A model generated the notes under the pieces. It was not told the origin of the DNA and did not search any database. It worked only from the letters and a program-made list of their open reading frames with translations. The position numbers and the translations under genes were made by a program. Positions 31,333 to 41,864 of a DNA stretch of 64,000 bases are shown here, piece after piece. Position 1 is the first letter of the stretch; each line of letters starts with the position of its first letter. This stretch comes from Planctomycetota bacterium. Its GTDB lineage: Bacteria; Planctomycetota; SZUA-567; H5-PLA8. The stretch covers positions 56,559 to 120,558 of the forward strand of contig JBBRPR010000024.1 in NCBI GenBank assembly GCA_038227875.1, written 5' to 3'.

Positions 31333-33357
31333 CTATCGATTATTAAACGCGGGAATCGCGAGCGTCGTCAGCGTGGTCATCGACTGTGCGGGCAGATCGA
31401 GTTCGACTTTGCCGTCGTGAACCTCCAGCGGCGTCAGCTCCTTGAATAAATCCTCGCGCGTGGTGTGCACGATATTCAGCTTTTGAATCTGCGCCGGAAT
31501 TCCCGTGATCACAAGTTTTCGCGCCCAGAGCTGGTTGCCGAGATGGAGCGTGTAACCGCGCGCATCGTCGCCGTGCTTCGGATGCCGGAAGGCGCTGACG
31601 GCGATGCCCTGCCGATCGCTGGAAAACGAAACCGCATCGCTGCCCGCTGGAGTCAGGTCGCAGAACTGCTTCTGAAAACAGAGCCGAGGCGTGATCAGCC
31701 AGCGGCCGCCTTTTTCCGGCTCGCGTTCCTTGTCGTGGATCAACAGTGAGTAATCGTCGGTGAACTCCCAGAATAAAATCGCCTGCGGCTTGGCGTACTG
31801 GAGCAGCCGCTGATACTGCACCATCTCGCGGACGCCGTAGTCGAAATTCTGAAAGCGCCCGTCCTTCCACGCGAACGGATCGACGCCGGCTTCGGTGACG
31901 TAAAGCGGCAGCTTCAGTTTATCGGCGAGCGCCGGCCAGGCGCTGTAATCGGCCGGTGACGCGTTGCCCCACGAATGAACCGCCAGCGCGGCCGTGGCCT
32001 TCACGGCGTCGGATTCATGCGCGACGGAGTCGGCAAAATCGAGCGTCTGCTGCCGCGGGTTGGAGAGATCGCCGAGCAGTAACTTCGTCTTTAGACCCAG
32101 GCGGTGAATTTCATCGTTGAGTTTTTTGAGCAGCGTCGCGTGCTCGCTGGGACTGAATTTCACTTTGATGCCGAGGTCCGGCTCGTTGAACGAAAAGTAA
32201 TCCGGTTCCGCCTGGTACTTCTCTTTCGCGTAGAGCAGGTAGGTTGTGATGCACTCCAGCACCTCCGGCAGCATCTCCGGCTTGAAGTGATTGCCATCGC
32301 CATCGGCGTTCTTCTTCGGCGCGTCGTACATCCACCCGGGCAGCGACCAGACTGAGGCCACATACGGAATCTTGCGCTGAGACAGCTCCCGCATCAGCGC
32401 GAACTCGCGGCGCAGGCGGGTCTCGGGTTGGTCGCGGTCCATCAACGCTTTCCAATCGGTCTTGGCCGGATCGTCGTTGTCGTTCACCGGCTCCCATTCG
32501 TTGAGCGACGCGCAGGTGCGGGCCATGGCGAGGTTCAGATTCTCCAGCGTGTAGCGCGCCACGGGCGATTCGATCTGGAACGCATAGTTGCCACCGAAGC
32601 CGATGAACGGGTAGCGGACATCGTCGGCCTTCAACGCGGCGTGCGCGGTATCGTCGGTGACGCCGGCGGGCTCAATCGTGATCTGCATGCTGGTGCTGTC
32701 GGTTTTGTCGAGCGTCCCGGGATGGAGCATCACGAACGCCGAAAAGTTTTCGCCATACTGGCGCTGATCCTTGATCAGGATCCACGTGGGCCGGCTGAGC
32801 GTCACGGTGGCCCACATTTTCGAGGCGCTGTCGACGAACATGAAATGGCTGGAGTAAACCTGCGCCAGTTGCGTGTTCAACGGCGTTCCCACGGGCAGTT
32901 CGCCCTCGCGCCGTCCGACGGTGTAGGCTCCGCCGGCGAACTGATCTTCGGGGACGTCGATCCAGAAAAAGACACCTTCAATATCGGTGAGCGTCCGCGA
33001 CGTGACCTTCACGTCGAACGTGAGCTTGTCCTTGGCCGAGGTGATTTTCTGTTCGACGTCGTAATTCAAACCGGTGGCATTGGATAAACTGGGTTTCCAC
33101 GTGCGCTCACCGGTCGACAGTTTTTCGCCGAGTTTCGAGCTGTTGGCGAGCGAGACGTAATCCTTCCAATCGACGCTGGGGATGCGCAGGTCGGTCTGGA
33201 TATCCAGCCAACCCTGGCCCAGGCCAATGCGCTTGAGGCGGCCGTAGGCGTCGATATCGGTCTCTTCCGCGCGACTGGAGACAGAGGAGGCGGCGAGCAA
33301 CCCGAGAACGATCAGCGCCTGGAATCCGAGATGTGAGAATCGATAATGTGGTGCCAT
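31333..33357 (-). CDS. Secreted glycoside hydrolase, GH30-like (clan A)
   Basis: Signal peptide; ASVWS.P.WM; FNEPD acid/base; LYVTEAG nucleophile; C-terminal ...LPAQSMTTL. Confidence 0.65.
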   Translation of the reverse strand: MAPHYRFSHLGFQALIVLGLLAASSVSSRAEETDIDAYGRLKRIGLGQGWLDIQTDLRIPSVDWKDYVSLANSSKLGEKLSTGERTWKPSLSNATGLNYDVEQKITSAKDKLTFDVKVTSRTLTDIEGVFFWIDVPEDQFAGGAYTVGRREGELPVGTPLNTQLAQVYSSHFMFVDSASKMWATVTLSRPTWILIKDQRQYGENFSAFVMLHPGTLDKTDSTSMQITIEPAGVTDDTAHAALKADDVRYPFIGFGGNYAFQIESPVARYTLENLNLAMARTCASLNEWEPVNDNDDPAKTDWKALMDRDQPETRLRREFALMRELSQRKIPYVASVWSLPGWMYDAPKKNADGDGNHFKPEMLPEVLECITTYLLYAKEKYQAEPDYFSFNEPDLGIKVKFSPSEHATLLKKLNDEIHRLGLKTKLLLGDLSNPRQQTLDFADSVAHESDAVKATAALAVHSWGNASPADYSAWPALADKLKLPLYVTEAGVDPFAWKDGRFQNFDYGVREMVQYQRLLQYAKPQAILFWEFTDDYSLLIHDKEREPEKGGRWLITPRLCFQKQFCDLTPAGSDAVSFSSDRQGIAVSAFRHPKHGDDARGYTLHLGNQLWARKLVITGIPAQIQKLNIVHTTREDLFKELTPLEVHDGKVELDLPAQSMTTLTTLAIPAFNNR

Positions 33358-33538
33358 GAGTTCCGCGCGAGTCCGAGCTCCCTCTATTGAATACTAACCG
33401 TTAGCTGCACGGTGAGGCGTAGAGATTTCAGCAAAATTCGGCCAAAATGGAGCTCTTCTCCGTAGAATTCGAGAAGCAGCGGCGTCCTTATGGTATAACG
33501 GTGACGTGGATTGCTGTTGAGTGAAGTGCTGACGAGGC

Positions 33539-35047
33539 ATGGACATGCGGCGGTTTGGACTGGGGATCTTGATACTCGCGGCGCTCTGCGCGCGGATGGC
33601 GCCAGCCCACGCGATGCTCGCGATGTCCGATCCCGATGACGAAACGTTGAAGAAGCCCGCGCCGCTGCCGGAAGGCGCGTCGTTCGAGACCGGCCCCGAT
33701 CCGAAACTCGTCCGCGTTGTCGTCTCGCCCGACGCCAAAACCATCGCGACGCTGACGATCCTGGGCAAAGTCACGCTCTGGAATGCGGCCAGCGGCAAGG
33801 AAGTCTCGAACTTCAACGCCGCCGATATTGAAACCCACGGCATCGACTTCGCCCCCGACGGCAAAACGCTGTTCACGGGAAGTTCGGACCTGATCATCAA
33901 GCAATGGGATGTTGAGACCGGCAAGTCGATCAAGGAATTCAAAGGCCACGACGGCGAAATCAAAACCGTCGTCGCCTCACCCGACGGCGCGCACATTGCC
34001 AGCGCCGACAACGCGGGCACGATCAAGATCTGGGACATCAAGACCGGTGACATCGTTCACTCGATGACCGGCCACGGCGACAATCTTCCCGCGGGTATGG
34101 CAACGCCGACGATCGACTGCATGAACTGGTCGCCCGACGGCCGCGTGCTGGTGACGGAAGCCAACGACGAAACCGCGCGACTGTGGGATGCCATCGGCGG
34201 GAAGGAACTCCACGTGCTGCCGCAGCACGACGGATCCGTGGCGGCCGTCGCGATATCGCCGAACAACCGCGTCGGCGTGTCGACGCGCGGGCGGCAGACT
34301 TCCGGAACCTCGCACTTGAGAGTCTGGGACGTGGCGACAGGAAAAATCCTGCGCATCATCAACGGACATCAGGACGACATCACCTGCCTTGGCTTCGCGC
34401 CCGACGGCCGGACGGTCTTCTCCGGCGCGCGCGATCGCACGGTGCGGCAGTGGGATGTCGATTCCGGCGTCGAAATCCGCCGCTTCCGCCTGACCAGCAT
34501 TCCCGCGAATCTCGCCGCGTCGGCCGACGGCCAGTACCTGGCCGTGGTTGCGCCGCGCGAAGGCCTGATGAGTTTCAGTCTCTCCGTGGCGCCGGTGACA
34601 CAGAGCAAGGATCCCTGCAAGACCACCGACGAAGCGTGGAACAAACTCGCCAATCCGGATTACGACGTGCGCAGTGTGGGATTCAATTATTTTCTGAAAG
34701 CGCTGCCGCCGCAGCAGGCCGTGACGGAACTCCTGCGTCGCGCGCATGCCATTCCGGCGGCCAATGGCGTCGACGAAAATGCTCAACATAGGGAACTGAT
34801 CGCGCGCCTGGATGACGATAACTATTCCGTACGCCTGAACGCGTTTGACGAATTGCGGGAGCTCGGCGGTGCGGTGCGCGCGGAGCTCTCCGAAGCGGTC
34901 AAGAGCCCCTCGACGGAAGTCCGGGCGCGCGCGGCGGAACTGCTGAGCGCCATCGGCGGTCCGTTTGATGCGCGGGAAGTGCTGGTGACGGAGTTGCTCC
35001 GCACGCTGGGCACGCCGGAAGCCAGAGCGGCGCTGGAAAAGAGATAA
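33539..35047 (+). CDS. Secreted WD40-repeat protein with C-terminal HEAT-like domain
   Basis: GH...SPDG...D.T..WD repeats and a signal peptide. Confidence 0.88.
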   Translation: MDMRRFGLGILILAALCARMAPAHAMLAMSDPDDETLKKPAPLPEGASFETGPDPKLVRVVVSPDAKTIATLTILGKVTLWNAASGKEVSNFNAADIETHGIDFAPDGKTLFTGSSDLIIKQWDVETGKSIKEFKGHDGEIKTVVASPDGAHIASADNAGTIKIWDIKTGDIVHSMTGHGDNLPAGMATPTIDCMNWSPDGRVLVTEANDETARLWDAIGGKELHVLPQHDGSVAAVAISPNNRVGVSTRGRQTSGTSHLRVWDVATGKILRIINGHQDDITCLGFAPDGRTVFSGARDRTVRQWDVDSGVEIRRFRLTSIPANLAASADGQYLAVVAPREGLMSFSLSVAPVTQSKDPCKTTDEAWNKLANPDYDVRSVGFNYFLKALPPQQAVTELLRRAHAIPAANGVDENAQHRELIARLDDDNYSVRLNAFDELRELGGAVRAELSEAVKSPSTEVRARAAELLSAIGGPFDAREVLVTELLRTLGTPEARAALEKR

Positions 35048-35055
35048 CCTTCAAC

Positions 35056-35964
35056 ATGCCGCGCAAGCTCAGCATTCTGATTCCCGTCTTCAACGAAGAG
35101 AGCAATCTCCCGGCCTGCCTGGAATCGGTCCGCGAGATCGCCGACGAGATTTTCGTCGTCGACAGTTTCTCCACCGACAAGACCGTGGAGATTGCGAAGC
35201 AGGCCGGCGCGCGGGTGGTTCAGCACGAGTACGTGAATTCCGCCGCTCAGAAAAATTGGGCGATCCCGCAGTGCGTCAACGAGTGGGTCTTCATCATCGA
35301 CGCCGACGAACGGATGCGCGATGACCTGCGCGCGGAAATCCGCGCGCTGCTGGCGCTCCCCGACGGTCCGCCGCTCGACGGTTACTTCGTAGTGCGCCGA
35401 AATTTCTTCCTCGGCGGCGAGATCAAGCACGGCGGTTGGGAGACCAACGACGTCCAGCGCCTCTTCCGCCGCGACATGGGTCGCTATGCCGAGCGCGATG
35501 TCCATGCCGACGTCGCCGTCCGCAACGCCGATGGCTCGCCCGCGCGCTCTGGACGTTTGAAGACCAAGCTCGATCACATCACCTGCGCGCCGGACGGCTT
35601 GAACCGCTACTTCCAGCGCTTCAACCGCTACACGACGCAGGCGGCCGAACGTTACCACCGCGAAGGGCGCAAGCCGTACCTCTGGAATTTCTTCCTCCAT
35701 CCCGGCTGGGAATTTTTCAAGATGTACATTCTCAAGCTCGGCTTTCTCGACGGCATTCCGGGCCTCGCCGTCTGCAGCTTCTGCGCTTTCACGCGCTTCG
35801 TCCGCTACATGAAATTGTTTGCGCGACTGCAACAGGGTCTGCCGCCGCCGAAGGCGTTCGATCAAGGCACCACGACGTCCCGCGAGATTGATGGTGAAAA
35901 AGACACGCGCAACCGCAAGGACGACAGCGGCACGTCCCGCTCAAGCATGGGAGCGACGATTTGA
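35056..35964 (+). CDS. GT2 glycosyltransferase (WaaE/KdtX-like)
   Basis: FNEE, VDSFSTDKT, QKNWA, DADE, LKLGFLDG. Confidence 0.85.
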   Translation: MPRKLSILIPVFNEESNLPACLESVREIADEIFVVDSFSTDKTVEIAKQAGARVVQHEYVNSAAQKNWAIPQCVNEWVFIIDADERMRDDLRAEIRALLALPDGPPLDGYFVVRRNFFLGGEIKHGGWETNDVQRLFRRDMGRYAERDVHADVAVRNADGSPARSGRLKTKLDHITCAPDGLNRYFQRFNRYTTQAAERYHREGRKPYLWNFFLHPGWEFFKMYILKLGFLDGIPGLAVCSFCAFTRFVRYMKLFARLQQGLPPPKAFDQGTTTSREIDGEKDTRNRKDDSGTSRSSMGATI

Positions 35965-37769
35965 AGAACCTGTGGCGTGCCTTCAAGCTCGTCCTGCCCC
36001 ATAAAGGGATGCTGGCGCTGTACCTGTTTTCGGCCGTTGGGCTGGCGGTCTTCAACAGCTCGTACATCGTGGTCGTAAAAACCTATCTCGACATGCTCGG
36101 CGGAAAAATCTCCGAGCACGACAAGATGGGCACGGCCATGCACACGGCGCTGGCCTACTTTTTCGGCGGCGATCTGCGCGACAACGTCCGCGGACTGTGC
36201 ATTCTTTTCTTCGTGCTGATGTTGATGAACGCGATCTTCGATTTCGTCAACACCTACGTCGCTTCGTGGCTGGCGCAGCGCCTGCGCATGGAAGCGATGG
36301 AACGCATGATGAGCAAGCTGCTCACGCTCGATCATCCGTATTTCGACAAGCAGAACACCGGCGATCTCGTCAGCCGCATGGTCAGCGACGGCGACAACAT
36401 GCGCAAGACGATCAAGATCTTCCTCGACTTTCTGCAGCAGCCGTTCATGGTAATTGGCCTCGTCGCCGTGGCGCTCTACTACGATAGTTTCCTCTTCTGC
36501 GTCGGCGCCGTCGGTGTGCCGCTGGTGATCTGGCCGCTGCAGAAGATCATCCGCAACATCACGCGCCAGACGAAAAAGTATCAGGAGAAGACCGGCGACC
36601 TCGCGCAGGCGATGCTGCAGAATCTCGCAGGCATCCGCATCATCCACGCGTACGAAGCTTCCGAGGAAGCGTCGCAGAGTTTCTCCGAGATGGCGATGAG
36701 CCTTTTCAAGACCGGCATGCGCCGCAACCGCAGCCGCTCGCTTCAGGATCCGATGACGAAAGTAATGCTCGGCGTCGGGCTGCTGGCGGTGATGCTCGTC
36801 GGCGCGGCGCGTTACGCCAACAACCCGACCGCGGATGCGACCTCGTTTCTTGCCTTCGCCGGAGCGCTCGGCATGCTCTACAACCCCGTGCGCTCGATGA
36901 TCGGCACAATGGGTGAGCTCGCGGAATTCCTGCCGTCGGCGCAGCGTACGTTTGAGATTCTTGACATCGTTCCGTCGATTCAAGACGCGCCCAACGCCGT
37001 CGCCTGCCCTAAGTTCTCGCGCGAAATTGTCTTTGAGAACGTCGACTTCGACTACGGCCGCGGCAGCGTGCTCAAAAATCTCAATCTCACCATCAAGGCC
37101 GGTGAGAAGATCGGCATCGTCGGCCGCACCGGCGTGGGCAAGTCGACGCTGCTGTCGTTGTTGCTACGTTTTTACGATCCGACCGGCGGACGTATTTTGA
37201 TCGACGGCGTCGAATTACGTTCCGCGAAGATGGCCAGCATCCGCTCGCAGATGGCGCTGGTGACTCAGAAGACGTTCCTCTTTCACACCACCGTCGCCGA
37301 GAATATCCGCCTGGGCCGGCCGGGAGCTTCCGATGAAGAAGTGATCAACGCTGCGAAGACGGCGATGGTTCACGACGAGATCATGCGGCAACCGCTGGGC
37401 TACCAGACGCTCTGCGGAGAACGCGGCGGCGAGTTGTTCTCCGGCGGCCAGGGGCAGCGCATCACGGTGGCGCGCGCGATCCTGCGCAACCCGACGATCC
37501 TGCTGCTCGACGAAGCCACCAGCAATCTCGATTCGTTCAGCGAGCGGCGGGTACAGGAAGCGATCGACAAGCTGCTGAGCAACCGCACGAGCATCATCGT
37601 GGCCCATCGGCTCGCCACGCTGCGCAACGTCGACCGCATCCTGGTCTTCGCGGAGAGCGGCGGCGTGGAAGCGATTGGCACGCACGACGAACTGCTCAAG
37701 CAGTCGGCGACGTACCGCCGATTGTGGAGCAACGAACAGAGCGGCGCGGCGCAGGTGGCCGGAGAGTAA
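35961..37769 (+). CDS. MsbA-like ABC exporter (TMD plus NBD)
   Basis: GRTGVGKST, FSGGQGQR, LLLDEATS, AHRL; multi-TM N-terminus. Confidence 0.88.
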   Translation: MKNLWRAFKLVLPHKGMLALYLFSAVGLAVFNSSYIVVVKTYLDMLGGKISEHDKMGTAMHTALAYFFGGDLRDNVRGLCILFFVLMLMNAIFDFVNTYVASWLAQRLRMEAMERMMSKLLTLDHPYFDKQNTGDLVSRMVSDGDNMRKTIKIFLDFLQQPFMVIGLVAVALYYDSFLFCVGAVGVPLVIWPLQKIIRNITRQTKKYQEKTGDLAQAMLQNLAGIRIIHAYEASEEASQSFSEMAMSLFKTGMRRNRSRSLQDPMTKVMLGVGLLAVMLVGAARYANNPTADATSFLAFAGALGMLYNPVRSMIGTMGELAEFLPSAQRTFEILDIVPSIQDAPNAVACPKFSREIVFENVDFDYGRGSVLKNLNLTIKAGEKIGIVGRTGVGKSTLLSLLLRFYDPTGGRILIDGVELRSAKMASIRSQMALVTQKTFLFHTTVAENIRLGRPGASDEEVINAAKTAMVHDEIMRQPLGYQTLCGERGGELFSGGQGQRITVARAILRNPTILLLDEATSNLDSFSERRVQEAIDKLLSNRTSIIVAHRLATLRNVDRILVFAESGGVEAIGTHDELLKQSATYRRLWSNEQSGAAQVAGE

Positions 37770-37772
37770 CGT

Positions 37773-37848
37773 TGCAGGCGGGACGCCTGCTCCACAATAA
37801 CCGCGACGCGCGGCGTCGAAAAATTGTGGTGCGGGCGTCCCGCCTGCA
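37773..37848. repeat. REP-like inverted doublet
   Basis: tgcaggcgggacgcctgctccacaat ... attgtggtgcgggcgtcccgcctgca. Confidence 0.7.
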
Positions 37849-37931
37849 TTCCTCGGTGTTGAATTTTTGAAAGAAATTGGCACTCTATCACGCTGATTTC
37901 AGCGGGCAGTGAAAGACAGGGAGGTTGTGGC

Positions 37932-39056
37932 GTGGCGGAAGACGAAGTCAAGGATCAGCGGTTCTGGGCGCGCGTGGCGCACCGGTTCTCCGGGCGCGGG
38001 CGTATCCGTTCGGTCTTCTTTCTCGCTTCCATGATCTTCGCGAAGTGGAACCCGATCTGCGCCGGCATCGGCCTGGGCGTCTTCATCGTCGGCATGATCA
38101 TCCACGGCGTCTCGAAGGGCAATCTCGTCCGCAACAAGCAGCTCTGCACACAGGGCCCGTACCTGTGGGTGCGCCATCCGTTTTACGTCGCGAATTTCAT
38201 CATCGATATCTCGCTGTGCCTGATGGCCGGCGTGCCGATTCTCGCCGCGATCTACGCCATCGCTTTCCCGCTCGCCTACCTGCCGCGCATCTTCGCCGAA
38301 GAAGAGGCGCTGCGCGGTTACTTCGGGACCGCGTTCGATGAGTACTGCAAGACCACGCCGCGGCTCTTTCCGCGCTCGATTCCGCGCCTGATCTCCTGGT
38401 CGCGGAGTTCCACGTTTGAACTGCTGCGCTTGGAAAACGAGCTTTCGCGCCTGATGCGCCTGGCCGCGTACCCATTCTTTATCGCCGCCGTGATCATCGG
38501 CAAACGGTACTGGGTCGACCGCAACGAACACAACGAATCGCTTTTCGCGTTCTGCCTGGCCGTCGCGCTGGCGCAGTGGGCCGCGGGGCAGCTCGTGCAT
38601 CGCTACCTGGAAGACGGCGATCCGGTGCGCCACCCGGGACTGTGCCGCGCCTTGATATACGGCTGGATCGTCGTGCCGTTTCTCCCGCTGCTGCAGGACC
38701 GTGTGCCCTACGCACGGCTGCCGCAACTGCAGAGCGCAGAGCAGATCGCCGGGTTGGTGCTGCTGGTGCTGGGCGCGATTCTCGTGTTGAGTTCCCGCGG
38801 CTTGAAATTTTCGGGTCGCGAAGGATTTGCGCTGACGATCCTGGCGCTGAGCTGCGGGCTGATCTCCGGCCAGATCGTACTGGCGCCGCTGGTTGCGCTG
38901 CTGATCTGGTCGGGCTGGTTCCTCTCCGCACAGGCCGCGCGCCCCACGGAAGCCGTCGCCACCACGCCGACCGGCTACCCGCGCGTGATCGCGGGGTTGG
39001 CGGTGATGGCGTGCGTGGTTTCAGCGGTTGTGATTGAGAAGCACCTGCTGCCGTGA
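37932..39056 (+). CDS. ICMT/PEMT-family membrane methyltransferase with C-terminal TM extension
   Basis: L...GPY..VRHPFY, EEEAL...FG..FDEYC..TPR.FP. Confidence 0.75.
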   Translation: MAEDEVKDQRFWARVAHRFSGRGRIRSVFFLASMIFAKWNPICAGIGLGVFIVGMIIHGVSKGNLVRNKQLCTQGPYLWVRHPFYVANFIIDISLCLMAGVPILAAIYAIAFPLAYLPRIFAEEEALRGYFGTAFDEYCKTTPRLFPRSIPRLISWSRSSTFELLRLENELSRLMRLAAYPFFIAAVIIGKRYWVDRNEHNESLFAFCLAVALAQWAAGQLVHRYLEDGDPVRHPGLCRALIYGWIVVPFLPLLQDRVPYARLPQLQSAEQIAGLVLLVLGAILVLSSRGLKFSGREGFALTILALSCGLISGQIVLAPLVALLIWSGWFLSAQAARPTEAVATTPTGYPRVIAGLAVMACVVSAVVIEKHLLP

Positions 39057-39089
39057 TTTGCAAAATCCGCGCGGGCGGCAGTTAAAGAT

Positions 39090-39173
39090 AATTTTGAATT
39101 CTTAATTCTTAATTTTGAATTGTTGTCGCCGCGAAGCACTCAATTCAAAATTAAGAATTCAAAATTAAAAATT
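39090..39173. repeat. AT-rich inverted heptamer hairpin (AATTCAA/TTGAATT)
   Basis: aattttgaattcttaatt... / ...aattcaaaattaagaattcaaaatt; shorter copy at 48997-49030. Confidence 0.75.
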
Positions 39174-39180
39174 GCAATAC

Positions 39181-40722
39181 TTATTCCCACTCAATGGTCG
39201 CGGGCGGTTTCTGCGAGATGTCGTAGACGACGCGGTTGACGCCGCGGACTTCGTTGACCACGCGGCTGGAAATTTTGCCCAGCACTTCATAGGGCAGATG
39301 CGCCCAGTCGGCGGTCATGCCGTCCTTGGATTCCACCGCGCGCAGGCAGATCGTTTCGCCATAGGCGCGTTCGTCGCCGAGCACGCCGACGCTGCGCACC
39401 GGCAGCAGCACCGCGAACGATTGCCAGAGCTCGCGGCTCAAGCCCGCCGACTGAATTTCTTCCTGCACGATATCGTCGGCATCCTGGAGCAGCTTCACGC
39501 GCTCGCGGTCGACGGGTCCGACGATGCGCACGCCCAGGCCGGGGCCGGGGAAGGGCTGGCGCCAGACGATCTCTTCGGGCACGCCCATTTCGGTGCCGAT
39601 CAGGCGGACTTCATCCTTGAACAGTTCGCGGAACGGTTCGATCAGCGAGAGTCCCAGGTCCGCCGGCAGGCCGCCGACGTTGTGATGGCTCTTGATCGTC
39701 GCCGTCGGGCCGCCGTGCGCGGAGACCGATTCGATCACGTCGGGATAGAGCGTGCCCTGCGCCAGGAAGCGCGCGTCCTTGACTTCGCGCGCTTTCGCTT
39801 CGAAGACGCGGACGAATTCGCGGCCGATGATCTTGCGCTTCTGTTCGGGATCGGTGACGCCGGCCAGCGCGTTGAGGAACTGGTCCGCGGCATCGACACA
39901 CCAGAGCGGAATCTTGAAGTGCCCGCGGAAGGTTGTCTCGACGCGGCGCGATTCGTTTTTGCGGCACAATCCATTGTCGACGAAAATGCACTGCAGCTTG
40001 TCGCCGATCGCCTGGTGGATTAGCACCGCTGCGACGGAAGAGTCCACGCCGCCGCTTAAGCCCAGGATCACGCGCGATTCGCCGACGCGTTCGCGGATCG
40101 TCTTCACCTGCTCGTCGATAAAGTTGGCCATCTTCCAGTCGCCCTTGCAGCCGGCGATCTGGTAGAGGAAGTTGCGCAGAATCTGGCGGCCCTTGGGCGT
40201 GTGCGTGACTTCCGGGTGGAACTGCACGCCGTAAAACTTGCGCGCCGGGTCGCCAATGGCGGCCAGCGGGCAACTGGGCGTGCGCGCGAGAATTTTGAAT
40301 CCCGGCGGCGGCGCCGTCAGCGCGTCCCCGTGGCTCATCCAGACATCTGTGCGGTCGCCGAGCCCCGCGAGCAGATCGTTGTTCTCGACGACTTCGATCA
40401 CTGCGCTGCCGTATTCGCGGCGCTCCTGCTTCTCGACTTTACCTCCCAGCGTAAAAGCCGTGAGCTGGATGCCGTAACAGATGCCGAGGATCGGGATGCC
40501 GAGCTCGAAGATTTCTTTTTCGATGCGCGGGGCCTTGTCGGCGTACACGGAGGCCGGGCCGCCGGAGAAGATCATCGCCTTGGGCCGCTCGGCCTTGGCC
40601 ATCTCATACGCGCGGTGGAAGGGGACGATCTTGGAAAAGACTTTCGCTTCGCGCACGCGGCGGGCAATGAGCTGCGCGTACTGGGCACCGAAGTCGATTA
40701 CGAAAACAGTTTCATGCGTCAT
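39181..40722 (-). CDS. guaA: GMP synthase (glutamine-hydrolysing)
   Basis: [42 protein letters not shown]. Confidence 0.97.
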   Translation of the reverse strand: MTHETVFVIDFGAQYAQLIARRVREAKVFSKIVPFHRAYEMAKAERPKAMIFSGGPASVYADKAPRIEKEIFELGIPILGICYGIQLTAFTLGGKVEKQERREYGSAVIEVVENNDLLAGLGDRTDVWMSHGDALTAPPPGFKILARTPSCPLAAIGDPARKFYGVQFHPEVTHTPKGRQILRNFLYQIAGCKGDWKMANFIDEQVKTIRERVGESRVILGLSGGVDSSVAAVLIHQAIGDKLQCIFVDNGLCRKNESRRVETTFRGHFKIPLWCVDAADQFLNALAGVTDPEQKRKIIGREFVRVFEAKAREVKDARFLAQGTLYPDVIESVSAHGGPTATIKSHHNVGGLPADLGLSLIEPFRELFKDEVRLIGTEMGVPEEIVWRQPFPGPGLGVRIVGPVDRERVKLLQDADDIVQEEIQSAGLSRELWQSFAVLLPVRSVGVLGDERAYGETICLRAVESKDGMTADWAHLPYEVLGKISSRVVNEVRGVNRVVYDISQKPPATIEWE

Positions 40723-40974
40723 GGTTCTGCCTTAAAGCTCCGCCTTCGAGGTCTGGCTCGAAAGGCAATTGGGAAACAGACCATGCTATTGAGCGGTGGG
40801 GAAAATTAAAGTGCGGGTTGTAGAGGTTCGGAGAGTTGAGGAGCGAAGGTTGGGCGCGGAGCACGTCGGTATAAATTTATCCGATGATCAAAAGCAGACA
40901 CCCTGTTGCAAATTTGCAACAGGGTATCCTTTTACGCTCCCTTAGTGACAGCTGTCACTAAGGGAGAATTGCAA

Positions 40975-41724
40975 TTAGTGCAGCCCGCCGCTGGCATGCA
41001 ACTGGTCGCCGGTCAGCCACGCGGAGTCATCGGACGCCAGGAAGACGGCGATGGACGCGATGTCCGACGGCTGGCCGGCGCGGCCGAGGGGCGTCTGCGC
41101 GACGAAATTCTTCTCCATGTCCGACCCGACGATGCCCTGCGCGCTGGTACCTTCGGTCACCACCAGGCCGGGGTTGATCGAGTTGACGCGGATTTTCTTC
41201 GGGCCGAATTCCTTCGAGAAGACCTTGGTCAGCATGTCGACGGCGCCCTTGCTGGCGGTGTAGACGCCAGAGTTCGGCGGCGTCAGAGCGGTGATGCTCG
41301 ACCCGATGTTGATGATGCTGCCGCCAACGCCAAGGTGCTTCATCGCCGCCTGCGTGGTGAGGATCAGGCCGAGCACGTTGACGTTGAAAATCTTGTGGAA
41401 ATGCTCTTCGCCGATGGCTTCGATCGGCGCGAATTCATAGACGCCGGAGTTGTTGACGAGAATGTCGAGGCGTCCGAACTTCTTGATCGCCGCGCTGATG
41501 ATGCCTTCTGCTTCGATTTTCTTTGAGACGTCGCCGCCGGCCGCAACGGCCTCACCGCCAGCGCGTTCGATCTCGGCGACGACCGCGTCCGCGCCCGCTT
41601 TGCTCGAGGCGTAATTCACGACGACCGACGCGCCTGCTGCGGCCAGGGACTTGGCGATGGCGGCTCCGATGCCCTTGGAAGCTCCAGTAACGATGGCGAC
41701 TTTTCCTGTGAGTTTCTGAGACAT
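40975..41724 (-). CDS. Short-chain dehydrogenase/reductase
   Basis: TGASKGIG, NNSG, YTASK, RVNSINPG. Confidence 0.92.
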   Translation of the reverse strand: MSQKLTGKVAIVTGASKGIGAAIAKSLAAAGASVVVNYASSKAGADAVVAEIERAGGEAVAAGGDVSKKIEAEGIISAAIKKFGRLDILVNNSGVYEFAPIEAIGEEHFHKIFNVNVLGLILTTQAAMKHLGVGGSIINIGSSITALTPPNSGVYTASKGAVDMLTKVFSKEFGPKKIRVNSINPGLVVTEGTSAQGIVGSDMEKNFVAQTPLGRAGQPSDIASIAVFLASDDSAWLTGDQLHASGGLH

Positions 41725-41778
41725 GATTCTGATCCAATCTGCCCATTCGGGCGCTACGTGTCGTTTTGGTGTTATCTG

Positions 41779-41845
41779 TACTGTTCGGTATTGAAAGTAC
41801 GCCATTTGACATTCGAAGTCAAATCGAATATTATACTGACAGGTA
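41779..41845. promoter_or_regulatory. Divergent promoter region with two putative TetR operators
   Basis: tactgttcggta (41779) and tactgacaggta (41834); TTGACA-N17-TATTAT at 41806-41834. Confidence 0.5.
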
Positions 41846-41864
41846 AGAAATAGAGGATTCACCT

